This document shows positions 1-13,365 of a DNA stretch of 64,000 nt, piece after piece. The stretch comes from Octopus vulgaris. Its lineage: Eukaryota. The DNA is taken from assembly GCA_951406725.2 (NCBI GenBank), contig OX597823.1, positions 69,316,001-69,380,000 on the forward strand. Reading direction: 5' to 3'. Both the position numbers and the translations under genes were made by a program. Within the stretch, counting starts at the first letter, position 1. Each line of letters opens with the position of its first letter. Below the pieces are notes generated by a model. The model was not told where the DNA came from. It searched no databases and was given only the letters and a program-made list of their open reading frames with translations.

Positions 1-32
1 GGTCAACAAGCATCTTTCTAAGGGCAATTTAC

Positions 33-115
33 CCAACGTTTCTGCTGTACAAACGGTGTCTTTACGTTCGGAAATAAATCATCATCCTCTTTGTATCTAT
101 ATACAGATTTCGGCG
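33..115 (-). CDS. Speculative internal exon (PKSVYRYKEDDDLFPNVKTPFVQQKRW)
   Basis: On - strand: poly-T tract (121-139), then ATAAG acceptor, 83 nt open in one frame, then GTAAAT donor. No homology recognised. Confidence 0.2.
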
Positions 116-732
116 CTTATAAAAAAAAAAAAAAAAAAACAAATGTTAATTTGTTCACTGCAGTAAGAGACGTGCAGATGGGACCGAGCAGTGGTTGGCA
201 AACGAACATCTGAACTACTTAATCGTGACTGCATCATTTTATTAGACATTGGCGAGAACACGGTAAACTATCTAGAATTTTCCATAAACCTGTTAACCAC
301 AATTTTATTGTGATTCATTGGTAACAGTGTACATATTTATTGCTGCGATTATATATGATATATTTCAACTATTTTGGAATTTTATTTGAAAGGTTATAAA
401 TGTCCACATTAATTAGATATCTTAGAATTAGTTATATGTGTATTAATTTTATGCGAAATATTTAGACCATATGCAGTTTCGAAGATGAGGATTCAGGCGT
501 TCTTTCAACTAAATTTATTCACTCATTGAACTACAGGGTAATAGGTCGATCAATTTACTGATCAATTTCGCAAGACAATGCTAAATTCCACTTTTTCAGG
601 ATGTACGTATAGTATCGAACTCGCGACATTATAATTCCGAAGCGAACTTCTTAATCATTTGGCCATGCTGATCTGTTATGCTGTATCATAATTTATTATA
701 ACTGTAAATAAATAAATAAATAAATAAATAAA

Positions 733-900
733 GCGGCGAGTTAACAGAAGAATTAGATCGTGGGCCGTTTTTAAAGTTTTGTTGAGGTCAACTTTGCCTT
801 TCATACTTTTGTGGTTGATAAAATAAAGAGCCGCTCAAATAATGGCGTCGATGATATCAACTGACACCTGGTCTCCAAATCTGTGCCTAAATTAGAAGCC
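733..900 (+). mobile_element. Degenerate SINE, family A
   Basis: gcggcgag head and gaggtcaactttgcctttcat...gataaaataa core resemble the intact copy at 24884-25114. Confidence 0.6.
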
Positions 901-2398
901 ATTATGGTAATTGTAAAATTGGCTGAGTTGCTACGAGATGCAGAAATTACTACCTGCTACTGTAACTATAAATACATTTGTTAAATACTATTGCAGTAGT
1001 TCTGTAGTAGATGCCAGAGGAACGTACTGAGGATTAAAGCTTGGTGCAAATAATCTTTAATTTTGGATCATTCACATTTCAAAGTGGAGACTTATAAATG
1101 TGGTGAGTAGGCAAAGTCATTAGTATCGGAATTCAAATGTCATTGAGATCAACTTTGTCTCTGATTTTGGGGACAATTAGAAAAATACTAGACTAGTATT
1201 GTGGCGATTTATTTCGCATATTCCCCCTCACATACCTCACTTCCTCTCCCTTTTCTTCCTTCCTCTCTATTCTTTCTTTCTCTTCTCCTTCACCCCCTTC
1301 TCTCTTCCCTCACTCCCCACCCTCTTTGGAAGAAATGAGCCGTTTTGAAAGTTAGAGAGAGAAGGGTTCCGCTTGAACTTAAATCATGATGCTGTCCATA
1401 CGAGAGCCCTCACACACTCACACTTATAAAATGATTCAAGCAATAATGTTTTTCTATGTATAACATGGATGTACTAGTAAAACTCTTTTCCCCCCGGGAT
1501 ATTACTATAAGAGAAGTCGTAGTTAGCTGGGCAAATTAGCAAAACACCAATTATCTTTAAAATAATCTAAAACAATCTTGTTGTACTAACATGTTACAAC
1601 CATTGACCAAATCATCAATATTTAAGTATCTTAGCCATATGTAAAGCAGACGTGCTGAGTAAGTTAATGGTATTTGTCGTTTATATTATCCAATCAATCG
1701 TCTTAAAAGTTAGGTTATTTCATAAGAAAATATATCAGCAAAAAATTTGTTGCAAAAGTTATCTCTCGGAGAAAGAAAAACACAAAATAAGATATTCGAG
1801 CAAATAAAAGGAGAAAAAAGATATTAACAAAGAAACAGTTGAAAATATAATACTAAGCTATAATATATATTGTTATTCTATTGACAATTTTAGCAATGCA
1901 ATTTTACAAATTCCCCGATGTAATATTAACCTGATAAAGAATCAATAGGATTCCTGGTTACTTTTGCTCTAAGGTGATGTCTTTTGACATATTTATTCTG
2001 CATACACAAAACCTATAGGTCAACTTATTCTGCATCAATGTACACACAAAGTTTACACTGCCTCGATGCTCTTTACACGGATGTCCAACGTAACTATATA
2101 TGTTCTAACTGACATAGTGGTACAAGCTTTTGACACTTGTTTTAAATACGAGATTAAAGCAAAAGTTGTTCTTGAATCTTCTGCTTCATAGAACGTCACA
2201 GTCTTAACAAGTGTTGTATCATGAAAATAAAAGAATTCCTTTTATTCATATTTGTTCGACATATGTTGTACACACCAACCAATCGATTTAACTGAATATC
2301 TAACAACGTACATATCTTTAATTCTTTTCCTCTCTTTCTTCGCTGTTTCTAGTAACATACATACACACATGCTTACAATTATAGCATTGACGTGCATG

Positions 2399-2434
<36 letters not shown>

Positions 2435-2485
2435 CATAAATACATATGCACTCATATACATGCATATACATACGTATATACATAT

Positions 2486-2822
2486 ACATTATTTACATTT
2501 GATGGATATTTGTCCTCATATTGTTTGTTGTTATATACCCTCCAGCTTTCATTAGGTATCTTGGGGAAATTTCGAACCTGGGTTCTCATTCCTAAGGAAT
2601 TTTTGATGTTATTATTATTACTACTAGAACTCGGAATCTTGGGATTAGTAGCCTGTGCTTTTAACCACTACGCCATGTGCCCGTGGGAAATTATGGAGTG
2701 AAATTTAGGGTTTATAAATCTAATATTCTCCTATCTTTCCTTAATACCGGTTTCCATATGCTGTTCATATCTGCACTCGGTCTGCTTAAGAGGTTGTTGT
2801 GACCTAGCGCATGTGCTGCTTT
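2486..2822 (-). mobile_element. Penelope-like element 3' end: GIY-YIG C-terminus plus pLTR with tRNA-like cassette
   Basis: - strand reads KAAHALGHNNLLSRPSADMNSIWKPVLRKDRRILDL*, then a tRNA-like head (2627-2682), (AAT)n, a damaged HHR and the same tail as 22329-22449 and 52455-52579. Confidence 0.8.
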
Positions 2823-2842
2823 TGGTAGTGCCCAACGACCCA

Positions 2843-3345
2843 TGTTTCTATCTAGATGAACCGGGAGTTTGTGGTAAAACTTATATGTTTAATACCATAA
2901 TTTTCTCATGTTCAAAGGAACAACTGCAACATGTGCATTGATACTTGGACAGGCATTGCCTCTACACTACTGTCAGGTGGAAAGACTATCCGTAGTTTGT
3001 TCAAGTTGCCTGTCCCACTCACGGAAACCAGCATTTGTAATGTACCAGCCACTTCAGACCATGCAAATCATTTACAAAACCTGGATTTGATCATCTTGGA
3101 TGAGGCTTCTGTGATCCCTTCATTTGCTGTTAATGCTATTGATAAAGCTTTACGAGATATCAATGGCATTACTGCTGTGTTTGGCGGTAAATCGTGCTCT
3201 TGGGGAGAGACATTAGGCAAGTCCTTCCCATATTGCCAAGAGGAACTCGTGAGGCAATTATTGAAATCTGTATTAAACATTCTACTCTATGGTTGAATTT
3301 CATCCAGTACAGATTCAGCCAAAACATCAGGACAACAGCAGATCA
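2843..3345 (+). pseudogene. Helitron RepHel Pif1-like helicase fragment, frameshifted
   Basis: CFYLDEPGVCGKTY (Walker A), TGIASTLLSGGKTIRSLFKLP, LIILDEAS (Walker B), FGGK, GRDIRQVLPI, FSQNIR, spread over several frames. Confidence 0.9.
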
Positions 3346-3544
3346 AAGGGAGCCACGTGAGCAAGGGAAGAGTAGTGAGGAGAGAGAGTGACAGAGTAAT
3401 AGGATAGAAGAGTGGGAGAAGAGGAGGTAAATGAATAAGAGAGAGAAAACGAGAAAAACGAAAGAGTAAAACGATCGTACAGAGTGCGCATCAGAATTAC
3501 TTAGATAAAACTTACTTCGAAGAGGATGCGTGGCGTTCAGTCAT

Positions 3545-3560
3545 TTAATAATATAATATA

Positions 3561-3613
<53 letters not shown>

Positions 3614-3681
3614 GCATATATATATATATATGCATATATACATACGCGTGTATGTGTGTGTCTGCATATCCATCTCTCTCT

Positions 3682-3736
<55 letters not shown>

Positions 3737-3756
3737 AGAGAGAGAGAGAGAGAGAG

Positions 3757-3825
<69 letters not shown>

Positions 3826-3830
3826 TACAC
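3545..3830. repeat. Compound (TA)n/(CT)n/(GA)n/(GATA)n microsatellite
   Basis: Direct reading. Confidence 0.95.
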
Positions 3831-3867
3831 ACATGTATATAAACATCTACATGTGTGTGTTTGGAAG

Positions 3868-4140
3868 CTCGTGGCTTAATGCGTTACACCCATGAGCGTA
3901 AGATTGTGGTTTGGATTCTTCGACTGTGTGATGCGTTGTGTTCATAAGCATAACACTTCATTTCAAGTTGTCCCTTTTCACTCAGCTGGCGAAAAATAAG
4001 TAATCCCGTGGCGGATTGGCGTCTCTAGTTCGTCACAGGATTACTCATTTGGGAATAAGTGTGAGGTGGGAATATATATGTGCCACAGAATCTGTGAAAC
4101 CGGACTTACAAGCGTATAGCTTAGGAAGGACCTTTGATCC
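3868..4140 (+). mobile_element. Degenerate tRNA-derived SINE (B/D-type central domain)
   Basis: Decayed A/B boxes and ttgtgttcataagcataacacttcatttcaagttg...cactcagctg core shared with 61141-61200. Confidence 0.55.
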
Positions 4141-4369
4141 TCTTATAAAACCTCTCTCTTTGTTTCCCCCCTCTCTCTCTTACACACACACAAACACACA
4201 CACAGACACACACATCTTATTGCCAAAATATTTAACAGGTATTTCGTATCCATGCTCCAGAGTGATAATATTTGCCTTAATAAGTAACAAGCAGTTAATG
4301 CTTCATGGGAGATTTTTTGTGTTTTATTAACAATAAGTACATTAAATGCATATATCTTGTATCAGCCAC

Positions 4370-4740
4370 GTGATTCAGTCGTTAGACGGCGGTCATGCTG
4401 GGGCACCACCGTTATGAAATTTTAGTCGAATGAATCGACACCAGTACTTAAATTTTGTTAGCCTGGTACTTGTTCTATTGGTCTCTTTTTTGCAGAAGCA
4501 CTAAGTTACGGGGACTTAAGCACACCAACGCCGTTCTATATTTAAGAGACGAGGGATTATGAAACCGGTTGAAACCGGTACAGTATTTCAATCAAGGAAA
4601 AAAACTCATTGGAACGAGTAAAGCAAACGACGAACAATTCTTCTCCATGCAACATTCCATAACGTGTAAGAAAGACTCACAAATACATACATACAAACAC
4701 ATGTGTGTGTGAGAGAGAGAGAGAGAGAGAGTGTGTGTGT

Positions 4741-4793
<53 letters not shown>

Positions 4794-4980
4794 GCTTGTA
4801 TCCCACCATCTAGACAACCGATGTTGGTGTGTTTACGTCTCCGTAACTTAGCGGTTCGATAAAAGAGAGTGATAGAATAAGTACTAGCCTTACAAAGAAT
4901 AAGTTTTGTGGTCGATTTGTTCGACTAAAGGCGATGCTCCAGTATAGCCGCATTCAGTTGTCTGAAACAAGTAAAAGAAT
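4370..4980. mobile_element. Two partial family C SINE 3' halves in opposite orientation (4370-4530 -, 4770-4980 +)
   Basis: ctaagttacggggac/gtctccgtaacttag and gctccag...gaaacaagtaaaag motifs shared with 44525-44897. Confidence 0.7.
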
Positions 4981-5089
4981 AAAAGAACAAAAAAGAATAT
5001 ATATATATATAATAAATTAATAAATAAAACATATGCATATATACATACATATATGTACGTACCTACCTCTACACGTATATATACATGCA

Positions 5090-5425
5090 TATATGGGTAC
5101 AGGACACAAAAAAACGTCGAACACAATGAGAAACGAAAACATAAACAGAAAACCAAGTAACTGGACATTTTTCTTAAACAACGAAAAAATAGAGTACAGG
5201 ACAAATAACACAAGGAAAATTCTCCTTCTTCAGTCGCCATGGTTTATCTACTCTGCGTTTCGAAGGTGAAGGTGATACGCATCTTCGATAGAAACTTTCC
5301 TTCCCGCGAAAAGCAAATTAAATAAAATTTGAGATCTTTTTGCGGAGGGGTAAAAATGGCAACAAAGACAGGACAGTAACGACAGTACAAAATATAAACA
5401 GTAAAAGACAGGACAAGGAGAATAA
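5090..5425 (-). repeat. Probable PLE-derived non-coding terminal repeat abutting a TA/TG microsatellite
   Basis: - strand has GAAGG...CCTTC-GAAACGC (HHR stem II/GAAA relic) and a T-rich tail ending in microsatellite. The CUGANGA core is not intact. Confidence 0.35.
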
Positions 5426-6370
5426 CAAGACATATATTTGTATGTGTGTGTGTGAGAGAGAGAAAGAGAGAGATGGAGGGAGAGAGAGAGAGAAAGAGAG
5501 AGAGGAATCCGATATATCCGGAAAATGATCAGAATTCTCTTAAGTACGTCATTTTGAAAATGTACAATTTTGCAATTGTGGATATACAAGTATACACATG
5601 AAAATAATATGTATATGAAATAATTATACCATTTGTGTCCCTATAAATCAGTGTCGATAATGTAATCGAAGTAGTCCCTTCTTTTCAGGTCAGTGAAATA
5701 ACGTACTAGTCAAATATTATGGTTGGGATATAACTAATTACCTTCCACTCTAAAGATTTAGGACTTGTGCCTGTCAAAAATCAATTCAGTCGACAGCTCT
5801 TCTACAGAAACTGCGTCATGTATCTAAGCAATACCTGTATTAATTATTATAGTTATAAGAATGGTAGTGGAAAGGTAGAAGTGACAGCTGTATACCTTAC
5901 AGCGTTCATTTTCATCACTCACCGGTGAAACTATCGTAGTGTCTATGGGAAATAAATCAGCATAGAAAAAGCTACTATATCGCCATGGAATCCACGGAAA
6001 ACATTTTGAAAGCAATCATGCATTATTGAGCTGTGATGTAATGCTGTTTGTCAAGAATAAAGATCAAATAAATAAAGTCGTCCTTGATGAAATTCTCTAC
6101 AAATACATACAAATGATCGATGCTGTTGCTAGGAGTAAACTGGAAGGGTTTTGGTAATGAAACAAGAGAGGACATATAGGAAAGAATTGGATGGATATTA
6201 GCAGTGAATGAATCTATTAACAAAATACAAAAACAGGGTAAATTTTACACACTGTACACGTAATTCTTTCTCCTCTCGAACATTCATATGCAAATGTATA
6301 AAGTGAAATAAATACACATAAATACATTTTGTATATATGTGTTGTATGTATATATATGCATATATTTGAA

Positions 6371-6436
<66 letters not shown>

Positions 6437-6462
6437 AGATACGTCATATATAGACACATGTT

Positions 6463-6519
<57 letters not shown>

Positions 6520-8262
6520 ATACTTATATATTTATATATGTATATGTATACACGCACACGCACCACATTCACATGCATATATATAGATAAACATATATGA
6601 GCGTATCTCTTTGCACCCACACACATATATATATATATATACATATGTGTGTGTGTGTGTACGTGTGCATACACTTATATATAAGAGAGATTTCTGAATT
6701 GAATAAGATCAAGGAAACTGACATGAAAAGCAATACGTAGAAAGTAATATATTTCAGGGTGATGCTGTAATCTAAACTGAATCGAAGAAACAAGTCTTGA
6801 GATTCTGGTATATTGACCACGCTTCTTACAAGAATTTCCATTTAAAGATGAACAGGTTAATTTAGATAAGGACATTTAAGATGTAATAGTCATGCATACA
6901 AATACATATCACAAAAATATATCAGCTATACATCATACATTTTCTACGAAAGGACAGGATTAATTGGTCATTTATATAATAACATGAGTGAAGATTTTTG
7001 AATCTTAGCACACCCTTTCTACAGGCTATGTTTTATTTTCATTTTCGAGTTATAGTTAGTTTGGTATGCATTATATCATCGAGTTTTAGCCAGGCTTACT
7101 TACTCTTCGTCTTTCATCCTATTCAGATTCATACGTCTATTTTTCCTCCGCTGGTGTATTTTCTTCTCCTTTTCCCAAGTCTACTGCTACTACTACTTTT
7201 CTCTTATTCGTCGTCTTATTTTTAGGAACGATCAAATAGTGAAGCTTGACACTGAGTTAGGAGAATCGTTAGAGCGTTGGCTGTGATATTATTTCCTGCT
7301 TACTGTAGTCATAGTTCAAATCCAGCTGAAGTCACTTTGCCTTCCAGCCTTCCTACTTCGGCAAATAAAGAATCAGTACTGGTTTATTCCTCTCTCTCCC
7401 CCTCTCTCTCTCTCTCTTTCTTTACGTCTCGGCTTTTCGGAAAGAAAGTGACTATATTCAGACTTGGAGTAGAGTGATTCCCAATAGAAATATCCAAGAT
7501 ACACAGTGTCATTACATATACACACACAAACACACACATTCACACACACGCACACACATACACACACACACACTCTCTTTCTCATTGTCTCTTTGTCTCT
7601 CTTTGGTAAAGAAAGTGACTGTGTTCAGAGTCGTCGGTGAGTAAACCCCAACAGATTTAGAAATGGCCAAGATACACCATGTCATGTTAGTACACTTACG
7701 ACTCAATCAAGGGTTGAGGATCCAAAAAAATACTGGCGTTGACATATTCCAATTTTCTTACGCCCAAAAGGTGCGTATCATTGTGTCAATACGTGAAATG
7801 CTTATTATATAATGAGTCCTGTTTCCAAAGAATTAAAACTGAAATCTCCTGCTCATAAAAAAATTATTTGAAATTCTCTGCAAGTATATAACATTGAGCA
7901 ACGAGTTAAAGATACTTGAGTCTATAATGCTTCGGTTTGTACATTAATAAGCACACCAATTATGCAAATGATTCCAGTAACAGAATCAGTCCCTGGAATC
8001 TATTTCAAGTTGTTTTATTGAGTTAATTTTTGTAATATGTTGCTCTAAATAAGATTATAATTTTCGAATAGCCTTGTCTTTAGCAATAAAAAATGGTATA
8101 GATATATTCACAGATTTGACCACATGTTCTCCGATCGTCACCCAGACCTTTATTCCTTTATATGTACAGTCTACCGTATTGGATTCAAATTTTAAAATAT
8201 GAACACAATATTCTTATTCAAGTGCATCTGTCACAAAGTAAACAGAAGAATAGTTAGTGAAG

Positions 8263-8520
8263 GCGCGTTACTTAGTGTTTAGGGTATTCGGAGCACGATC
8301 GTAAGCTCGTGCGTTCGATTTCTGGTGGCGTGTTCTCTCCTTGAGCAAGACACTTTATTTCACGTTGCTGCAGTCCACTCAACTGGCAAAATGAGTTCTA
8401 CCTGTAATTCACAGGGCCAGTCTTGTCATTTTGTGTGTCACACTGAATCTCCCTGAGAACTCTTGCGCGTTAATTTCGCGAGCAGGTAATTTCGTTGATC
8501 GGATCCATTGGACTACCCAG
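8263..8520 (+). mobile_element. Degenerate SINE related to family B
   Basis: gttcgatt B box, ccttgagcaagacactttatttcacgttgct core, and a 3' half similar to the reverse complement of 8924-9100. Confidence 0.75.
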
Positions 8521-8923
8521 TTTAGAGGCATCGTTACTTATTAGTTGAGAAAAGAATGTTCTCAGCTCGAATGCAGTCAGGTACTGAGTGCACGTCCAGG
8601 AATAAGATGCCTGATGACGACTGGAGGTAGAATTACTGGAAACGTAGCATAAATATTTAAAATATTCAACAAAATATTTTATCTCTAAAGATAAGATTAG
8701 TAACACGAGAAATGACCTTAAATTTTTCTTTGTTTGTACAATAGAAAAGGAAAGAAATAATGGAATAACATCTTTAACAACATGTGAGTGCTGTGAGACT
8801 ATAGTCTCATTAAATCGACGAATTAATGTTGTACCTCTGAAGAAATTATTTTCTTGCAATCTATCAATTATCATGCTTCTCAATCGTCTGGATTTGGAAA
8901 TGCAGTGGATCTTATAAAGAAAT

Positions 8924-9300
8924 TGTTGGCACTCCGTCGGTTACGATGATGAGGGTTCCAGTTGATCCGATCAATAGAACAGCCTGCTCATGAAATTAAC
9001 GTGCAAGTGGCTGAGCACTTCCCAGACACGAGTACTCTTAACGTAGTTCTTGGGGAGATTCAGCGTGACACAGAGTGTGACAAGGCTGGCCTTTTGAAAT
9101 ACAGGTAAAAGAGAAACAGGAAGAAAGAGTGAGAGAAAGTTGTGAAAGAGTACATCAGGGTTCGCCACCAACCCCTACCGGAGCAACGTGGAGATTTAGA
9201 TGTTTTTGCTCAATAAACACTCACAACGCCGGTCTGGGAATCGAAACCGCGATCCTACGACCGCAGTCCGCTGCCCTAACCACTGGGCCATTGCGCCTCC
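8924..9300 (-). mobile_element. Near-intact tRNA-derived SINE, family B, with target-site duplication
   Basis: - strand GGCGCAATGGCCCAGTGGTTAGGG (A box) and GTTTCGATTCCC (B box). Flanking 17-nt direct repeat ataaagaaattRttggc at 8914-8930 and 9303-9319. Confidence 0.9.
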
Positions 9301-9339
9301 ACATAAAGAAATTATTGGCGGAATGAAAGCAAATAATGT

Positions 9340-9497
9340 TTTCAAAGTTTGGCTCAAGGCCAGTAATTTCGGGAAGCGGGTAAGTCTATTACGTCACCTC
9401 CAGTGCTCAAATTAATTTGTCGACCCTGATTTGATGAAACGCAAAGTCGACCTCGGCGAAAAGTCGACCTCAGCGAAAAGTCGACCTCGGCGAAAAA
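9340..9497 (-). mobile_element. Partial family A SINE ending in 3 tandem 17-mers (aaagtcgacctcRgcga)
   Basis: Direct reading at 9443-9495. Confidence 0.75.
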
Positions 9498-10714
9498 ATA
9501 TATATAGATATTTTAAAAACTAGGAAAATTTCGTGTCTCCTGTTTTACTAGTCATACTTGAGTATAACAAAATTATGAATAAAACGTTCTTTTTCAAAAT
9601 CCTCAGTTAATATTTTAAATGTCTATGACACTCCTAAATTCCTCTTGAGGTACTGTGAACCATTAATCTAATGCAAACATACTTAGTGAAGTTTATACGT
9701 GTATATAGAATAAATGAGGCTTTGAATACAGAAGTCTGCAACCAATATTCCTTAAGTCTACTTACTCAAAAGAGACTGGAGTGACAGAACAACAACACTA
9801 ATATAATATTTATTCCTTTTTATATTGCCACTGCTATTCGTAATGGTGAACTTTTATTCCTATGCGATGCTTATAGGTGGACCGGATTACATGAACTTAA
9901 TAAGAAAATTATGTGCTTACGATTTGTTCTCTCTCGAGAGTCTTCTTACACAATTCATGTTTCCAATGCACTTAAAGAACTTCATCTGATTATGGTTTAT
10001 GTTATTCAGCAGATTCTAGCTCTTGGTTTATGAGCCGGGAATTCAATACTCTGGTTGGTTGTTGTTACTTCACGTAAAAGTTCTAAGAAACCTCAACTTA
10101 TATTAGTTGACAATAGCCAGTCCCAGTTTTGTGAAGCAGATAATAATTCTAGGAAAGCGATATTGTTATGAAACCTACAGAAGAATATTTTAAACTTCAA
10201 ACTTCGTTTTCTATAAATTTAGAACTTAAAAATTTAAATCATTTCGAAATTGGTAATTTTTAAAAATATTTTCCAACTATATAATCAAATACTTTTTTTT
10301 AATGTCATTTCATCATAACATCTTCATTTTAACAGTATTCTAGCTGAGGATGGTAAATTGTGAGCAGTTTTCCTTTACCGAGCTTATAGTTCTGAATTAA
10401 AGTCCCACCGATATCTACTTTAATTTTCTACTATCTGTAGTTGGTCAAATATGCAACAATTGAGTTTTAAGATCGATATAATCGACTACTCATCCTACAA
10501 ATATGTGGCCTATGTTAAAAAAGCAATAATGATCTTGTCAAAATTATTGATCTTAAATTAGGAGACTTCACATTAACTTTATGTTGAATAAAATTATAAT
10601 GATTTTAATCAAATAAATTCATATCCTTTATTTATATATTAGGTTTCTTACGAAAAAGAAAGCAAGGCCGTAATATATTTAGAGATGTGATTGTCGATGA
10701 AATGGACTGTAATA

Positions 10715-10940
10715 TGGCGAGTTGGCAGAATCTTTAGGACGCTGGACAAAATTCTGGACAAAATTCTTAGCGGCATTTCGTCCATCTTCACATTCTGAAT
10801 TCAAATTCCACCGAGTTCTATTTTACCTTTCATCCTTTCGGAGTCGATGTAAATAAGTACCAGTTGAGTACTGGGATCGCTGTAAATCAGCTTACCCTCT
10901 TCCGAAATTGCTGGCCTTGTGCCAAAATTTGAAATCAATA
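10715..10940 (+). mobile_element. SINE family A, older subfamily
   Basis: ggcgagttggcagaatc head, cctttcatcctttcggagtcgat...aagtaccag core, gctggccttgtgccaaaatttgaaa tail. Confidence 0.85.
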
Positions 10941-12954
10941 TTTGGCAACTTATCAGCACCCGAACGAAGAAAGAAAAAGTTGACCTCGATCAGATTTGAA
11001 TACAAATTGTTAGAAAGATCTACCTCAATAGTCAAAATTATTTAGTCCGACGCCTTGATAATCGAGTCAATCTATTCAGTATTCAGGGATACAGATTGGT
11101 ATTAATTAAAACTTGTACATTATAGTAAATTCTTCAATGGGGGAAATAAATGAATTATGTTGACTTTTGTCGGTCGAAATAGAGAACTTAATTTCTGCAG
11201 TGAATGTGAGCGTACAATTCGTGATTTAACACTTCAACAGCATTTTAATGCTGCAACAAATGAAAATAGGTAGATTACATTTGCTCAAAATAAATGTAGG
11301 GGATTGTGCTAGAAGGACTCCACACAGAATGGGCTCTTATCACACACCAGACATTATCGAGAAACCTCAATTAAAACGATAGTCCACATCCAATGGTAAG
11401 ACAAGCGTAGATGATATGTGGACTCATATTTAATACCTATAATTAATGATAATCTAATATCTGTTCTCAGCATCTTAGTGAAGTGAGGTAAACATAGAAT
11501 ATAGGTTTCCACCCACAAACATGACGCCAACAGTGAAATTGAATTCATGAGCCACAACACAGTCCTCTCACTTCTACATCCAACCTCTTATAATGGAGCT
11601 ACATTTAACTAGCTACTATATTCTTCTACCTAAACTACTAGTGTGTTTGTCATTCATGTGTTATTAGCGTTTACAAAAGATGCACAACGCTCCTGTCGCA
11701 CGTAATGCTAATTTGAATTGATGGGAAGAACAAAAATCTGATAGGTGTATTGTACATTGATGAGTGTCCTCTCCTATCATATTGGACATGTCCTTTCTGT
11801 GCACGAAATTGCAACTGCAAGTTGGCATTATTCTAAATCGATAACTCAGTGAAATGCTGTCCAATGTATTTTACCAGGATACATCTCACTAGTCATTGAT
11901 AAAGTGAAACAGGAAAATAAATATATTTCACCTTCCATCCACGACTATCACCACCTCCAACACAATTTGTAACAAGTTTCCAATAAATGTCCTTCTTTCA
12001 CCTGCATCTTAAATAAAATTAACTCCATCCATACAACGTAAATTGTGATTTATAATAATACAATGGATATTCAGCAGTTTCGATAAATGGTTAAGCAGAA
12101 TATTGTTACATCACCTTCAGTTGTCACGTTTGAAGAGCCAGAAAACAACTGTTATTTCCAAAGAAAGTAGTTTCTTTATATTAAATTAGGCAAATAAATA
12201 GATAAATAGCAATATTTAAAAAACATCGAGCGAATTTTCGATTTTTTAAATTCTAATTTGTTATTTTTATTTCCTTCTTAAATTAACAATAGGCCACCTG
12301 CTTGTAGAGAAGTTGTAGCATCTACTGAGTATATTCCAGGATATAGCAAGCAATTATTTTCTCGAGCCCGGAGGAAAGAACTGCAAATTCGATAGGATTT
12401 TAACTCTGAAGTATTTGTACACCCCGTTTATATTTATGATAATAAATTCGCTTATATTTGAAAATTTATAATGACTTCTTACATTGGGTACAACTGAAAT
12501 GGGTGTATATAGCCCCAGGTGGAATATTGCATTTATTTTCTCGACACTAACAGGAAAAACACCAAATATGGGACTTGAATGATTCGAGCAAACTAAACAT
12601 TGTGAATTATTTGTTTCAACCTCTATCAATTCTGATACACTACAACCCCTTTAAAATATTATTAATAGCTCGCATTTGAGACTTTTGATTGAGTAGACTC
12701 TAAGATGAAATGCATTGCATTATTTTCCATCATCTATTCAAACTTCTAAATTCAAATCCCACCTTTGCGGTTTACTTTAACCCACTTCGTTGTTTAATAT
12801 ATAACATCGGCTGAAATTCAATAAAATCTTCGAAAGCAACACGAAAAGGAAAAACCGAGTTAATGTAAATTATAAATATAATAAACTTAATAAAATAGTG
12901 CAAGTAACAAGGCAAAATAGCAAAATATTCTCGAACACTCGATCAAATTTACGT

Positions 12955-13365
12955 TTTTCATTTTTCTTTTTAAATGACATTTAATTCCAGCGAACAGATA
13001 TTTGCCAACATGATGAGATTTTACTTCACAACAGAGCTGATGTAATCTATTTTAGTGCTGAAATTAACAGAGAAATAGAGGTACAACGAATGAGAGAAAT
13101 AATTGAAGAGAAAGTAAGAGAATATCTGTATATAGTCTTGAGTTTTAACACAGTTTGATCACATTTACTTTTCTTAAAAGACATTTAATTCTAGCGACTA
13201 GATATTTACCATCAAGATGAGTTTGTAGTTCACAATAGATTTTATGTAATCCGTTTCAAAGCTGAAATTCATGGGGAAATAGTGACACAACGAATCAGGA
13301 AAACAAGAGAAAACAAAAATAAGCGTATATGTATACTTGAGTTTGAATGTGTGTAGATCACATCT
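12955..13365. repeat. Old tandem duplication, about 205-bp unit x2
   Basis: gacatttaattcYagcga, gatgag, atgtaatc, gctgaaatt, acaacgaat and cttgagttt recur about 204 bp apart. Confidence 0.75.

Noticed and set aside
5966-6157. Protein-like + strand open frame (LLYRHGIHGKHF...LEGFW*)
   Set aside because: No convincing splice acceptor, no recognisable family, and length attainable by chance.
9443-9495. CRISPR-like short repeats
   Set aside because: No spacers, eukaryotic context, SINE-derived.
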